A stretch of 46,592 nucleotides of DNA, taken from contig DEYT01000031.1 in the NCBI GenBank assembly GCA_002364975.1, positions 1 to 46,592 on the forward strand, in the 5' to 3' direction. Both the position numbers and the translations under genes were made by a program. The notes under the pieces were generated by a model. The model did no database searches. It saw nothing but the letters and a program-made list of their open reading frames with translations, and was not told the origin of the DNA. This DNA comes from Opitutia bacterium UBA3151 (GTDB taxonomy: Bacteria; Verrucomicrobiota; Verrucomicrobiia; Opitutales; Seribacteraceae). This document shows positions 1-8,876 of this stretch, piece by piece (position 1 is the first letter of the stretch; each line of letters starts with the position of its first letter).

Positions 1-105
1 AACCCATTTGATGTCGCACCCAAGCCTTCAGTAAATCCTTTTGAATCTGCTCCAGCTCAAGTCCCTGTGCCACCAGTCAATCCTTTTGAACAGGGGTCTG
101 AGTAA
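1..105 (+). CDS. 3' end of a gene entering the window; Pro-rich tail with three NPF motifs
   Basis: Frame 1 reads NPFDVAPKPSVNPFESAPAQVPVPPVNPFEQGSE then TAA at 103-105; it converges on the next gene with a 7-nt gap. Confidence 0.6.
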   Translation, partial: NPFDVAPKPSVNPFESAPAQVPVPPVNPFEQGSE

Positions 106-112
106 AAAGGGC

Positions 113-1471
113 TCAATAGGGTGAAGATTTCCAGGTGGTCAAAGAAGACTTACCGCGTAGAAAGAGCTTGGAGCCATTATTCATCAACCAGTCTGCTTGT
201 GAGGAACTTCCTTCCTCCCAATCTCTAAGTATCTTAATTCGTTTAGCAAAGATTCTTTTGTCCAAGGTATCCGTATTTTCTTTGCTGGGACTACTCCAAA
301 ATATATCAATAATTTCTCCTTTTTCATTAAGACCAACAATATCTACGGATGCCCCATCTTGTATGTATGCATCTATTCTTGGATCCTGACTAAGATCGAG
401 TTGAACCATCCACTCTTCAGTGAAAGGAATGACCTCATCCAAATACGCTTCATAGGTAGTTTTGAGAAATTTTTTGGGCAAAAGAAAGCCATCTAAATTT
501 CGAACCGCAAATTGTTTTATGTGAGAGGACCAAATGGGAACAATTTCATTGCCCCTACTATCAATCGTGTAAACCAGAGCCGGTTCCTTATCTTTATTTC
601 TGTAAGCCGGGATTTCGAGGATTGACTTGGTTGCCTCATCAATGGCCCGCGAAAACCCATCTCTAGTGGTGGGATGAATGGTATCCAGCCTGACTTTGTC
701 GGGGAGAATAACAACGAGACCTGAAGCACGGGGATAATAAAAACGCTGTTGCTCAATCAATTGACCCTTACTGCGGTTCAAATCGGAGAAGAAACCATCT
801 TCCTTTAATAATTCTTCCTGACTGAGTTGAAGATTACCTGGATGAAAAAAAGCACGATAGGGACCGACTGGAAAATCTTGATGAAATTGGGCCTCTAGTC
901 GCAAATGGTTGGTGACCTTGATTTCTTCGGGATCAACTTTTTCGGAGGAAAATAAATTTTTCAAGCGATTCCAAGAAAAATAAGATTTCTCTGAGCGGAC
1001 TTCATATAGTTTTTCGAAGAATCGAGCCTTATCACTGTTAGACGCGGGATAATACAAGGTGAAATTTCCATCCAATTTGTCATTAATAAAGCTTTTACTG
1101 TAAACGATTTCCCCAATTTTTCCATACGCGGTGAAAAGACCGTCCCTTTTACCCTTGGCATAGGATCCAGTTAGCTCTGGTAACCCATTTGTTTGCCAGA
1201 ATTCGACTTTTCCGTCCTTTAAACCATTAACAAAACCAATCTCAAAACGGACTTGTCCGTTGTCATATTTTTCAGTCACATAAGCCCGTTTTCCTTGGCC
1301 AAAAGGTTCATCGTCATCAATGGCATAAAGGATTTCATTTCCGAAGTCATCTTTGCGATATTCCACATCATCCGATGACAATCTTTTTTCTGAACAGGAA
1401 TCAAATAAAGCCAGTAGAAAGAAGCTAGCTGACAACCTCCAAGCGATAGAGTTTTGCACGGATGGAAACAT
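113..1471 (-). CDS. Exported MORN-variant repeat (YwqK-like) protein, possible lipoprotein
   Basis: 452-aa ORF; hydrophobic N-terminus ending in SC; MORN-like repeats (YDNGQVRFEIGFVNGLKDGKVEFW, NGLPELTGSYAKGKRDGLFTAY, GEIVYSKSFINDKLDGNFTLYY). Confidence 0.7.
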   Translation of the reverse strand: MFPSVQNSIAWRLSASFFLLALFDSCSEKRLSSDDVEYRKDDFGNEILYAIDDDEPFGQGKRAYVTEKYDNGQVRFEIGFVNGLKDGKVEFWQTNGLPELTGSYAKGKRDGLFTAYGKIGEIVYSKSFINDKLDGNFTLYYPASNSDKARFFEKLYEVRSEKSYFSWNRLKNLFSSEKVDPEEIKVTNHLRLEAQFHQDFPVGPYRAFFHPGNLQLSQEELLKEDGFFSDLNRSKGQLIEQQRFYYPRASGLVVILPDKVRLDTIHPTTRDGFSRAIDEATKSILEIPAYRNKDKEPALVYTIDSRGNEIVPIWSSHIKQFAVRNLDGFLLPKKFLKTTYEAYLDEVIPFTEEWMVQLDLSQDPRIDAYIQDGASVDIVGLNEKGEIIDIFWSSPSKENTDTLDKRIFAKRIKILRDWEEGSSSQADWLMNNGSKLFLRGKSSLTTWKSSPY

Positions 1472-1519
1472 ACGAATTTTATATTAGGATGCTCATATCA
1501 GAGTCGGCAATGTTAAAAC

Positions 1520-2293
1520 TTATTGATTTCTAGACCGGACTTGTTCTGCAATTTCCATAATATCCTCTATCGGAAGGGTGACAACCTCAGTCGGTCTTCC
1601 AGAATCCATTTTATAAACTACCACCCCTAACCACCGACCCCGCTGGTCAAATACTGGGGTTCCTGGTTCTGTGTTCTCGATCACGAAGTATGGGCGAGGT
1701 TTTTCGATCACGGCATTAACCCATCCTCTTCGGAGGGTGGATTGGCGATATAGATTACGACCTAATTTTGAAATTGAAACTACTTCGTTCAGAATTTCAG
1801 GAGTAGGGGGGGTTTTAGCACGATTCCAACCTGGAGTAGCAGAGAAGGTGAATTTCTCGGAACTTTCATCAGTTCCCGTGATTGGGAGGAGAAAAGCCAA
1901 ATCTAAATCCATGTCTTTAAGAAGTAAGCGGGCCGGAATTTCACTGCCGTCCTGCATTAATATCAAAACTTCAGTGTAATGAACTTGTACAGATGCTCCT
2001 GGGCTACGAAGTCGGGAGATGATATTCGAAGTTGGGTCGACTTTGGTAAGGGAAAGGACCGTTAGGCCATCATCTGCAATAATGGTTCCCAGGGCTTCAA
2101 GCTTTTGTTCTTGGGGAGGGAGGCTTCTGCCGCCTACACTTACCTCAACTCGCACGGTGGCCGATACCCAAGTTACACAATTTGCATTTTCTGTGAGCAA
2201 AGTGCGCCAAATCGATTCAGAATTTTTCTTTTCTGTGTTTTTTCCATGACAAAAGATCGAGGTAAGTAAAAAGATAAAAAGAAAAAATTTCAT
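1520..2293 (-). CDS. Secreted trypsin-like (S1C-fold) protein, probably catalytically inactive
   Basis: Start set at ATG 2293 (MKFFLFIFLL signal peptide), 7 nt after the upstream stop; LGTIIADDGL, DLDLAFL and PGTPVFD..G..LGVV align to HtrA motifs, but catalytic His and Ser are absent. Confidence 0.7.
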   Translation of the reverse strand: MKFFLFIFLLTSIFCHGKNTEKKNSESIWRTLLTENANCVTWVSATVRVEVSVGGRSLPPQEQKLEALGTIIADDGLTVLSLTKVDPTSNIISRLRSPGASVQVHYTEVLILMQDGSEIPARLLLKDMDLDLAFLLPITGTDESSEKFTFSATPGWNRAKTPPTPEILNEVVSISKLGRNLYRQSTLRRGWVNAVIEKPRPYFVIENTEPGTPVFDQRGRWLGVVVYKMDSGRPTEVVTLPIEDIMEIAEQVRSRNQ

Positions 2294-2300
2294 GATCAAT

Positions 2301-4322
2301 TTAGCCCTCTTGATCCCAATCCGGTTCGAGCTCAAGAAAGAGAGTGTGGATGCCCCTGCGGATAAAAAATACAACACTTTTCTTTCTCTGGGTAATGAGT
2401 CGATTCATAATCTTTTCGAAGCCATCTACGGAATCCACGGAATTCTTCTCTACTCGAAGGAGAAGATCACCTTGCCTAAGCCCACCTAAGGCTCCCCAAC
2501 CTGCCGGTTCAACATTTTCGATGACTAGTCCGGATTGGTTTAAATCTAGGCGACGGTTGACACGATCTCCAAAGGAAAGCTCACGAAGGGCGAATTCAAA
2601 GGTTTCCTCTTCATACTTGGGGAGTTCATTGGGCGGTTCAGGCCGCTTATTGAGAGTTACCTGCAAATCAAATGCTTCACCGTTTCTTTGACCACTTAGT
2701 GTAATCGTAGAATTGATTTTATATTGCTTGAGCATGTTTCCAAATACTTCTGCGTCTTCCACTCGGTAAGACTGAATAACTTGTCCATCGATTCGAAAAA
2801 GAAGGTCATCACATTGAAGCTCAGATTGCTCGGCGGGAGATTCTGGGAAAACTTGAGCAACTCGGACGCCACGGGTGGTTCGTGGTAGCCCCAGAGCGGA
2901 TGAAAGATCTCGTGTGATTACTTGTGTGGATACACCCAACCATGGCTTCCATGCTTGTACGGGTTGATTTTCTTCCGCCTCCGGGCCGATTTTTACAACC
3001 GTAAGAAGTTGAGCCAAATTTCTCTCGAAGCGAACGATTACGGGAACGGGTTCCCTCTTGCCCCGAGTTAGTTTTCTGGTGGCTTCAATAAGATCCTTGG
3101 TATGATCAATCGGAGTCCCATTCACTTCTAAGATTACATCGCCAGGAACTAAACTTGGCTTTGCACTTGCTGAAGGTCCTCCCCGGTTCGTGGAGTGCAC
3201 CTGAACCCCCGTTTTTTTATTTCTTTGAGCTTCTAGGGAGGACATCAAGGTAAAGTTTCGGATGGTAAGGCCCCAACTTTTTAGTTCTTTTTCCTTCGCG
3301 TATGCTGGTTCTCGATGAGTAGGGGTTATTTTCCATTCTTTTTTTAAGCCATCTCGAAGACCCAGAACTTTTACTTCTTTATTTGCCGGTTTGGAATAAA
3401 CGAGCTGGTTGAAAATGGGGATATCTTCGGGGATTGTGGCCGATACTTTTTTTTGGTCGTATTGAGTAATTAAGTCACCCGCCATAATCCCGGCTTTCTC
3501 GGCTGGAGAGCCCGAGATTACTCCAGAAACCAAAATGCCAGAAGTTTTATTTTCAATCAGTGGTTGGCATTCGAGCCCAATCCAAGAACGGGAAACATAA
3601 CCTTGCGACTCCAATTTCTTAGCCACTGATTTTGCCAAATTAGAAGGGATGGCTCCACCGAGGCTTCCGATTCCGACTTCATTGATTCCGATGATCTTCC
3701 CAAATCGATCTACCAGCGGGCCACCACTATTGCCTGGGTATATTACGGCGTCATGCCCCAGCCATCTTACAAGTTCTCCAACATTTTCACCATCCAAGCG
3801 AAAGGATTGGCTACCCGCTGAAATCAAGGCAACATTGGAAATAATTCCTTTGGTGACCGATTGAGATAAACCAGCTGGACTACCCATTGCAAAACAAGTG
3901 TCGCCAACCTTTACTTTTTGTGAATTTCCAAACTCCGCGATCTTGAGTGGTTTCGAATCGGATCCATTTTCGTTCAAACGGAGGCGTAACAAAGCAAGAT
4001 CAGTCATGGCATCTGCACCAAGCAAATCCGCCATTAATTCATCTCCATTGTGAAGGCGACAGGTCAAACGGGAGGCTTTGCCAGCTACATGATGGTTAGT
4101 TAAAACAAGTCCGTCTTTGCTGATAATTACTCCACTTCCAGTGGAGCGTGCTTTCATCATTCTTCCTCCCGAGCCTTTTTCTGAAACTACTTCGATACGA
4201 ACAATCGCTTGATAAACACCCCTAACTTCATCCGTAAGAGAAAAGTTTGAATGCTCTCCTGTCAGTAAAAGGTTGAATGTATGGGCAAGCAGGGTAAAAA
4301 ATAAGAATCGAGTGAAAGCCAT
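2301..4322 (-). CDS. HtrA/DegP-family serine protease with four PDZ domains
   Basis: Signal peptide; GSGVIIS, TNHHV (His), DLALL (Asp), GNSGGPL (Ser); four PDZ-like segments (SPAEKAGIMAGDLI, SLVPGDVILEVNG, SPAEQSELQCDDLLFRIDG, GLRQGDLLLRVE). Confidence 0.92.
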   Translation of the reverse strand: MAFTRFLFFTLLAHTFNLLLTGEHSNFSLTDEVRGVYQAIVRIEVVSEKGSGGRMMKARSTGSGVIISKDGLVLTNHHVAGKASRLTCRLHNGDELMADLLGADAMTDLALLRLRLNENGSDSKPLKIAEFGNSQKVKVGDTCFAMGSPAGLSQSVTKGIISNVALISAGSQSFRLDGENVGELVRWLGHDAVIYPGNSGGPLVDRFGKIIGINEVGIGSLGGAIPSNLAKSVAKKLESQGYVSRSWIGLECQPLIENKTSGILVSGVISGSPAEKAGIMAGDLITQYDQKKVSATIPEDIPIFNQLVYSKPANKEVKVLGLRDGLKKEWKITPTHREPAYAKEKELKSWGLTIRNFTLMSSLEAQRNKKTGVQVHSTNRGGPSASAKPSLVPGDVILEVNGTPIDHTKDLIEATRKLTRGKREPVPVIVRFERNLAQLLTVVKIGPEAEENQPVQAWKPWLGVSTQVITRDLSSALGLPRTTRGVRVAQVFPESPAEQSELQCDDLLFRIDGQVIQSYRVEDAEVFGNMLKQYKINSTITLSGQRNGEAFDLQVTLNKRPEPPNELPKYEEETFEFALRELSFGDRVNRRLDLNQSGLVIENVEPAGWGALGGLRQGDLLLRVEKNSVDSVDGFEKIMNRLITQRKKSVVFFIRRGIHTLFLELEPDWDQEG

Positions 4323-4438
4323 TAGTTGATAAAGCGTTTCTGATCTAGTGATTCGTTTGACTTGGTTTCATAGAACGGACATGAAAGGATATATCTCTTT
4401 ATAAATTCAAATGGCAAACAAACACAAGGAAACTACAC

Positions 4439-5812
4439 ATGAGTGAAGAAAATAAATCCGGTTTTTTGTTAGGTGAGCGACAGGGGCAGTTCTTGGCATT
4501 CGTACTTTGTTTTGCCGGGGTTCTTACATTGGGATGCTTACTGACTTTCGTGGTCTACATGCTAAACCAAGCTTTTACCTTTTTTTCCGGAGTAATTTGG
4601 TCGCTTGCCCTTTCTGGAATGCTTGCAATTTTGCTTCGCCCGATTGTTACATTACTGGAAGAAAAAATGGGAATGGGACGATTTCTTTCTATTGTTACCC
4701 TTTATTTTTTAGTGCTTGCTACTGCTGGCTCGGCGACTTGGTTCTTGGGAGGGAAAATTATTCGGCAAACGCAAGACTTTATTGGTTCCGCTTCGGAGTG
4801 GCCTGACCGGTTGGAAGAGAAAGGTAAGGAACACTTACCACCCGAAACTTGGGAGTCAATTTCAGGCCAGTTTGAATCCTTTAAAGAATACTGGGGGACT
4901 ACCTTAGCTCCAAGTCAGGGATCTAGCCGATTGGATCTCAATGTATCCGAAAAGGAAATATATGTTACCTTGTCCATCGAGGAACGTACCACCTTTCGTG
5001 AACTGGGAGACTTGGAAAAAACAGAGTTTTTCACTTACGAGACAGAAGCTGATCGCCTTGCTTATTTAGATCAAAAGAGTTTGGAAATGAAGAACCAGAC
5101 CATGGAGACCCTCGAAAGCAAAGGGGGAGTTATTGCAGAAAAATCTGCTGAGGTTCTAAGATCCGCCTGGCTCGGTTTAATGGGTATATTTACCAAAATG
5201 ACCTACCTCGCAGTCATTCCTATTTATTTGTTCTACTTTCTTAGTTCCAACCGTAATTTACTTGAGGACTTGGAAAAAGAACTCAGATTCATATCTGCCT
5301 CGGTGCGAGAGGATATCATTTTTTTAGTGCGTGAGTTTGTAGGAATTTTGGTAGCGTTCTTTCGAGGGCAGTTACTTATTGGGTTATTGATGGGGGTAGG
5401 CTATGCCATTGGATTTAGTCTGAGCGGATTGAAGTTTGGCATTACCTTAGGTCTTTTATTTGGCTTATTAAATATTGTGCCTTATCTTGGATCAATTGTT
5501 GGAGTGATCGTGACTTTACTCGTTGCCTATTTGCAACCGGATGGAATTGCCGAGAGTGGTCAATGGAACTTATTGCTTGGATGTGGCCTTTCCTTTGCCA
5601 TTGTTCAATTGATTGAAAGTTATTACCTGACACCCAAAATTATGGGACAGCAGACTGGTCTACATCCAGTGGTGGTAATCGTTTCGATTTTCTTTTGGGG
5701 AACTGCCTTGGGAGGAATTCTAGGCATGATTTTTGGTATTCCGCTAACCGCATTTTTCATCATTGCTTGGCGACTTCTTTGCCGGAAATATTTCAATCAT
5801 TCCGCTTGTTAA
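4439..5812 (+). CDS. AI-2E (PerM/TqsA) family transporter
   Basis: Multi-TM protein; FFRGQLLI, LLNIVPYLG and ESYYLTPKIMG..GLHPVVVIVSIFFWG...GILGMIFGIP are family-typical motifs. Confidence 0.9.
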   Translation: MSEENKSGFLLGERQGQFLAFVLCFAGVLTLGCLLTFVVYMLNQAFTFFSGVIWSLALSGMLAILLRPIVTLLEEKMGMGRFLSIVTLYFLVLATAGSATWFLGGKIIRQTQDFIGSASEWPDRLEEKGKEHLPPETWESISGQFESFKEYWGTTLAPSQGSSRLDLNVSEKEIYVTLSIEERTTFRELGDLEKTEFFTYETEADRLAYLDQKSLEMKNQTMETLESKGGVIAEKSAEVLRSAWLGLMGIFTKMTYLAVIPIYLFYFLSSNRNLLEDLEKELRFISASVREDIIFLVREFVGILVAFFRGQLLIGLLMGVGYAIGFSLSGLKFGITLGLLFGLLNIVPYLGSIVGVIVTLLVAYLQPDGIAESGQWNLLLGCGLSFAIVQLIESYYLTPKIMGQQTGLHPVVVIVSIFFWGTALGGILGMIFGIPLTAFFIIAWRLLCRKYFNHSAC

Positions 5813-5865
5813 AAAATTTTGAGAGCTGTAAAATTCATTTTTTGGAGTTCATTTTTGGCACTAAA

Positions 5866-8709
5866 GTGAATAAACTCCATCTATTTTTCTTTTGTGTTTC
5901 AACTTTATTGATTCCAGATCGATTTATACTTTGTAACCAAGATATCGATCAAAATTCCATAGTGGTGACCAGTAATTGGAAAGCCAGTTCATGGTTCGGT
6001 TATTATTATGATAATGGGTCGGAATGGATTTACCATGAGGACTTAGAGTGGGTTTATCCATCTTCAGTAGATGGAAACTCGGTATGGTTGTTTTTGCCTT
6101 CGTTAGACTGGGCTTGGACGAAGCAGGAACATTTCCCCTGGATCTACTTCCATAAACTTCAGAATTGGAGATATTATGATTCTACCGGAGGTTTTTACAA
6201 TTTTGAGACCCTGAGTTGGACACCGAAAGAAGAATTTGAATTAGAGTTGAAAAATTTAGGGGGTGGAACCGGAGGGCAAGAATCCAATAGTACAACCGGA
6301 AATAATGGTACTACCGATTCGAATCAAACTTCTAGCAATTCCTTTTTATTGACGGTCAATAGCGGTACAGGAGGATCGGTGACGGGCGGTGGAATTTATT
6401 ATTCAGGGGATACGGCAACCATCAGGGCAAGCCCGGATACCGGTTATGAATTCTTAAGTTGGGTGGGTGCAACGGTTGGAGATTCGGTTGCGAAAACTAC
6501 CTCTGTAATTTTGGATCAAAACCTAAGTGTGACTGCTACTTTTTCATTGGTTGACTATACCCTCGAATTAATCGCTGGTGTGGGTGGATCGGTTACCGGT
6601 GCGGGGGTCTATGAATATGGGAAATCGGTTTCAATAAGTGCAAGTCCAAACCCAGGATATTACCTACAGAATTGGACCGGTGCTACCTTGGCAGATTCCG
6701 CTGCTTTAACAACCACGATTTTAATCGACCAAAATCATAGCCTAAAGGCCAACTTTTCACGTGTGCAACCGAGTCTTTCCATTACCCACGGATTGGGGGG
6801 TATCGTTTCTGGTGGTGGTTCTTATGATTATGATTCCAATGTTTCGATTATTGCCACCCCTGAAAATGGATATTACTTTCTCGAATGGAGTGGGGCTCAG
6901 GTAGCAAATTCAAGTGCTGCAACTACCACCATTCATTTGACCAAAGATTCAAATTTAACCGCTACTTTCGAGGCAAATTCAACAAGCTCACTTTCTAAAA
7001 TTGATCCCCATGAAATGGTCAGGCGAATGGGAAGAGGGATTAATCTTGGAAATGTCTTGAGTGCTCCAGAAGAGGGAAAATGGGCTCCTGCAGCTACGCA
7101 ACAATACTTCATTGATTTAAAAGATGCGAATTTTAGCAATGTTCGACTGCCCACCGATTTTTACGGTACCCGTACTACTGGGGATACGAGCATGTTTTCC
7201 ACTCTTTCAGGAACTTCGGCAGATTTCAATGGTTCGATGGATGATTTTGTAGTTTCCTCCGAATACCTCGACCGGATTGAAGAAATAATTACTTGGTCTC
7301 TCAATCAAGGCTTAATCACCATACTTGACTTCCATGGAGCAAATCTAAAATCAGAATTTCTGCATACTTTTAATGCAAGCAGTAGCGATTATATTGAACC
7401 AACTTCGGCTAGACGGGCTGCGGATTTAGTTAAGTTCCAATCCATTTGGCGGGCCATTGCCAATCGTTTCAAGGATTACCCACCCGAACTTCTTTTCGAG
7501 GTTGTAAACGAACCCTATTTCGAGCTTTCTGCGCAAGAAATGGATCAACTGAATGCCCTGATTATTTCCGTCATTCGGGCGACTGGTGGAAATAATGCCG
7601 ATCGAAATCTGATCCTTGTGGGTGGGGGTGAAAACTCTTACCTTGCTCCCCAACAGATTGATTCCTCTATTTTGGCATCCGACGATCAATTGATTGCAAC
7701 CTTTCATTATTATGACCCTTTTAGTTTTACTAGCTCCCAGAAAGATCAGTACGATGACAATGATTGGGGTACAGTGGAGGATATTGAAAGCATTCAAACT
7801 CATTTTGATACCGTCAAGTCCTGGTCGGAAACCAATCAAATTCCCATCTATCTTGGCGAGTTTGGAGCGGATAATGTAGGGGGTTACAATTATGGCTCGG
7901 GTACCCTACGAAAGATAAATTCCAACACCACAGGATACGCAGATGGTGGGCCAGATTCAGAATCCCGTCTTCTCTACCATCAGCATGTTGCTGAGGAAGC
8001 GATTAATCGCGGTTTTGCTTTTTCGGTATGGGATTCCGGTCCTACCTCGAATAAGACTATACATAAAAGAAATGATTCGAGCCTCACTTCTAATTTCGAT
8101 CTTTCATCGTTCGCGGTGAGTTCCTACGAAGAGCCCACGGTTACTGTGAGCACGGTGGTAGACTCGACTACTTGGGTACCCGAGATCAAAGATGCGATTC
8201 TAAACCATGGGACTTGGCCTGGATGTTACGGACCTTTGGGCGTGATCAAAAATCCCGGATTCGAATGCAGTCCGTATGATGAGGGCTGGAGCCTTAAGCT
8301 GGTTTCCGGATCGACCGCAGAAATTTCGAATGTTGGAAGTTCGATCTCCCGAACGGGTAATTCGGCCATGCAAATAAAGGTGAGTTCAGACCTTGGTTAT
8401 AACAAAGTTCTTCTGGAAAACACAGCTTTTGTTAGTGACTTTAATGGACAAAGAATCACGGTTGAATGCTGGATTAGGTCGAGTGTACCTGCTGAATTCA
8501 GAATGCAACTCAAAATTACCGAAAAGGAGGGAGTTGACTATGGCAACAAATTCCCCAGCTCTGACATTTTTTCGACCACCACGGAGTACCAAAGGTTTAT
8601 ATTCAGGCATACTGTCAGCAGCTCAATCGATGCGGTCCAATTTAAGTTGTTACTGGGAAAAACCCCGGCGACTTTTTTCGTGGATGACTGCTCTGCGTTT
8701 GTCGAATAA
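5866..8709 (+). CDS. Modular glycoside hydrolase family 5: Trp-rich N-terminal domain, three beta-repeats, GH5 catalytic domain, CBM4/9-like C-terminal domain
   Basis: Likely GTG start at 5866 (the 5695 start overlaps the upstream gene); MGRGINLGN, FEVVNEP (acid/base), TFHYYDP, IYLGEFG (nucleophile); C-terminal domain begins IKNPGFE and ends FFVDD. Confidence 0.88.
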   Translation: MNKLHLFFFCVSTLLIPDRFILCNQDIDQNSIVVTSNWKASSWFGYYYDNGSEWIYHEDLEWVYPSSVDGNSVWLFLPSLDWAWTKQEHFPWIYFHKLQNWRYYDSTGGFYNFETLSWTPKEEFELELKNLGGGTGGQESNSTTGNNGTTDSNQTSSNSFLLTVNSGTGGSVTGGGIYYSGDTATIRASPDTGYEFLSWVGATVGDSVAKTTSVILDQNLSVTATFSLVDYTLELIAGVGGSVTGAGVYEYGKSVSISASPNPGYYLQNWTGATLADSAALTTTILIDQNHSLKANFSRVQPSLSITHGLGGIVSGGGSYDYDSNVSIIATPENGYYFLEWSGAQVANSSAATTTIHLTKDSNLTATFEANSTSSLSKIDPHEMVRRMGRGINLGNVLSAPEEGKWAPAATQQYFIDLKDANFSNVRLPTDFYGTRTTGDTSMFSTLSGTSADFNGSMDDFVVSSEYLDRIEEIITWSLNQGLITILDFHGANLKSEFLHTFNASSSDYIEPTSARRAADLVKFQSIWRAIANRFKDYPPELLFEVVNEPYFELSAQEMDQLNALIISVIRATGGNNADRNLILVGGGENSYLAPQQIDSSILASDDQLIATFHYYDPFSFTSSQKDQYDDNDWGTVEDIESIQTHFDTVKSWSETNQIPIYLGEFGADNVGGYNYGSGTLRKINSNTTGYADGGPDSESRLLYHQHVAEEAINRGFAFSVWDSGPTSNKTIHKRNDSSLTSNFDLSSFAVSSYEEPTVTVSTVVDSTTWVPEIKDAILNHGTWPGCYGPLGVIKNPGFECSPYDEGWSLKLVSGSTAEISNVGSSISRTGNSAMQIKVSSDLGYNKVLLENTAFVSDFNGQRITVECWIRSSVPAEFRMQLKITEKEGVDYGNKFPSSDIFSTTTEYQRFIFRHTVSSSIDAVQFKLLLGKTPATFFVDDCSAFVE
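6343..6969 (+). repeat. Three tandem ~70-aa InlB B-repeat-like ('bacterial repeat') domains within the GH5 gene
   Basis: Repeated pattern L..G.GGSV.G.G.Y..G..V.I.A.P..GY.F..W.GA.V...TT.I.L....L.A.F occurs three times. Confidence 0.8.
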
Positions 8710-8876
8710 TGATGATCTCATCATTCTCTCAAAAGACGAATGGCGATTCTTGATCATTTAGAGATTCTTCCCTTTCAAAACGGAAGGGGGTTGAGGCTTG
8801 TACCATAAATGTGCGCAAGATTGCCTTGTAAAGCACGAGTTTGATGTTTGAAACTTAAGAATCTGAAAAATTAATC

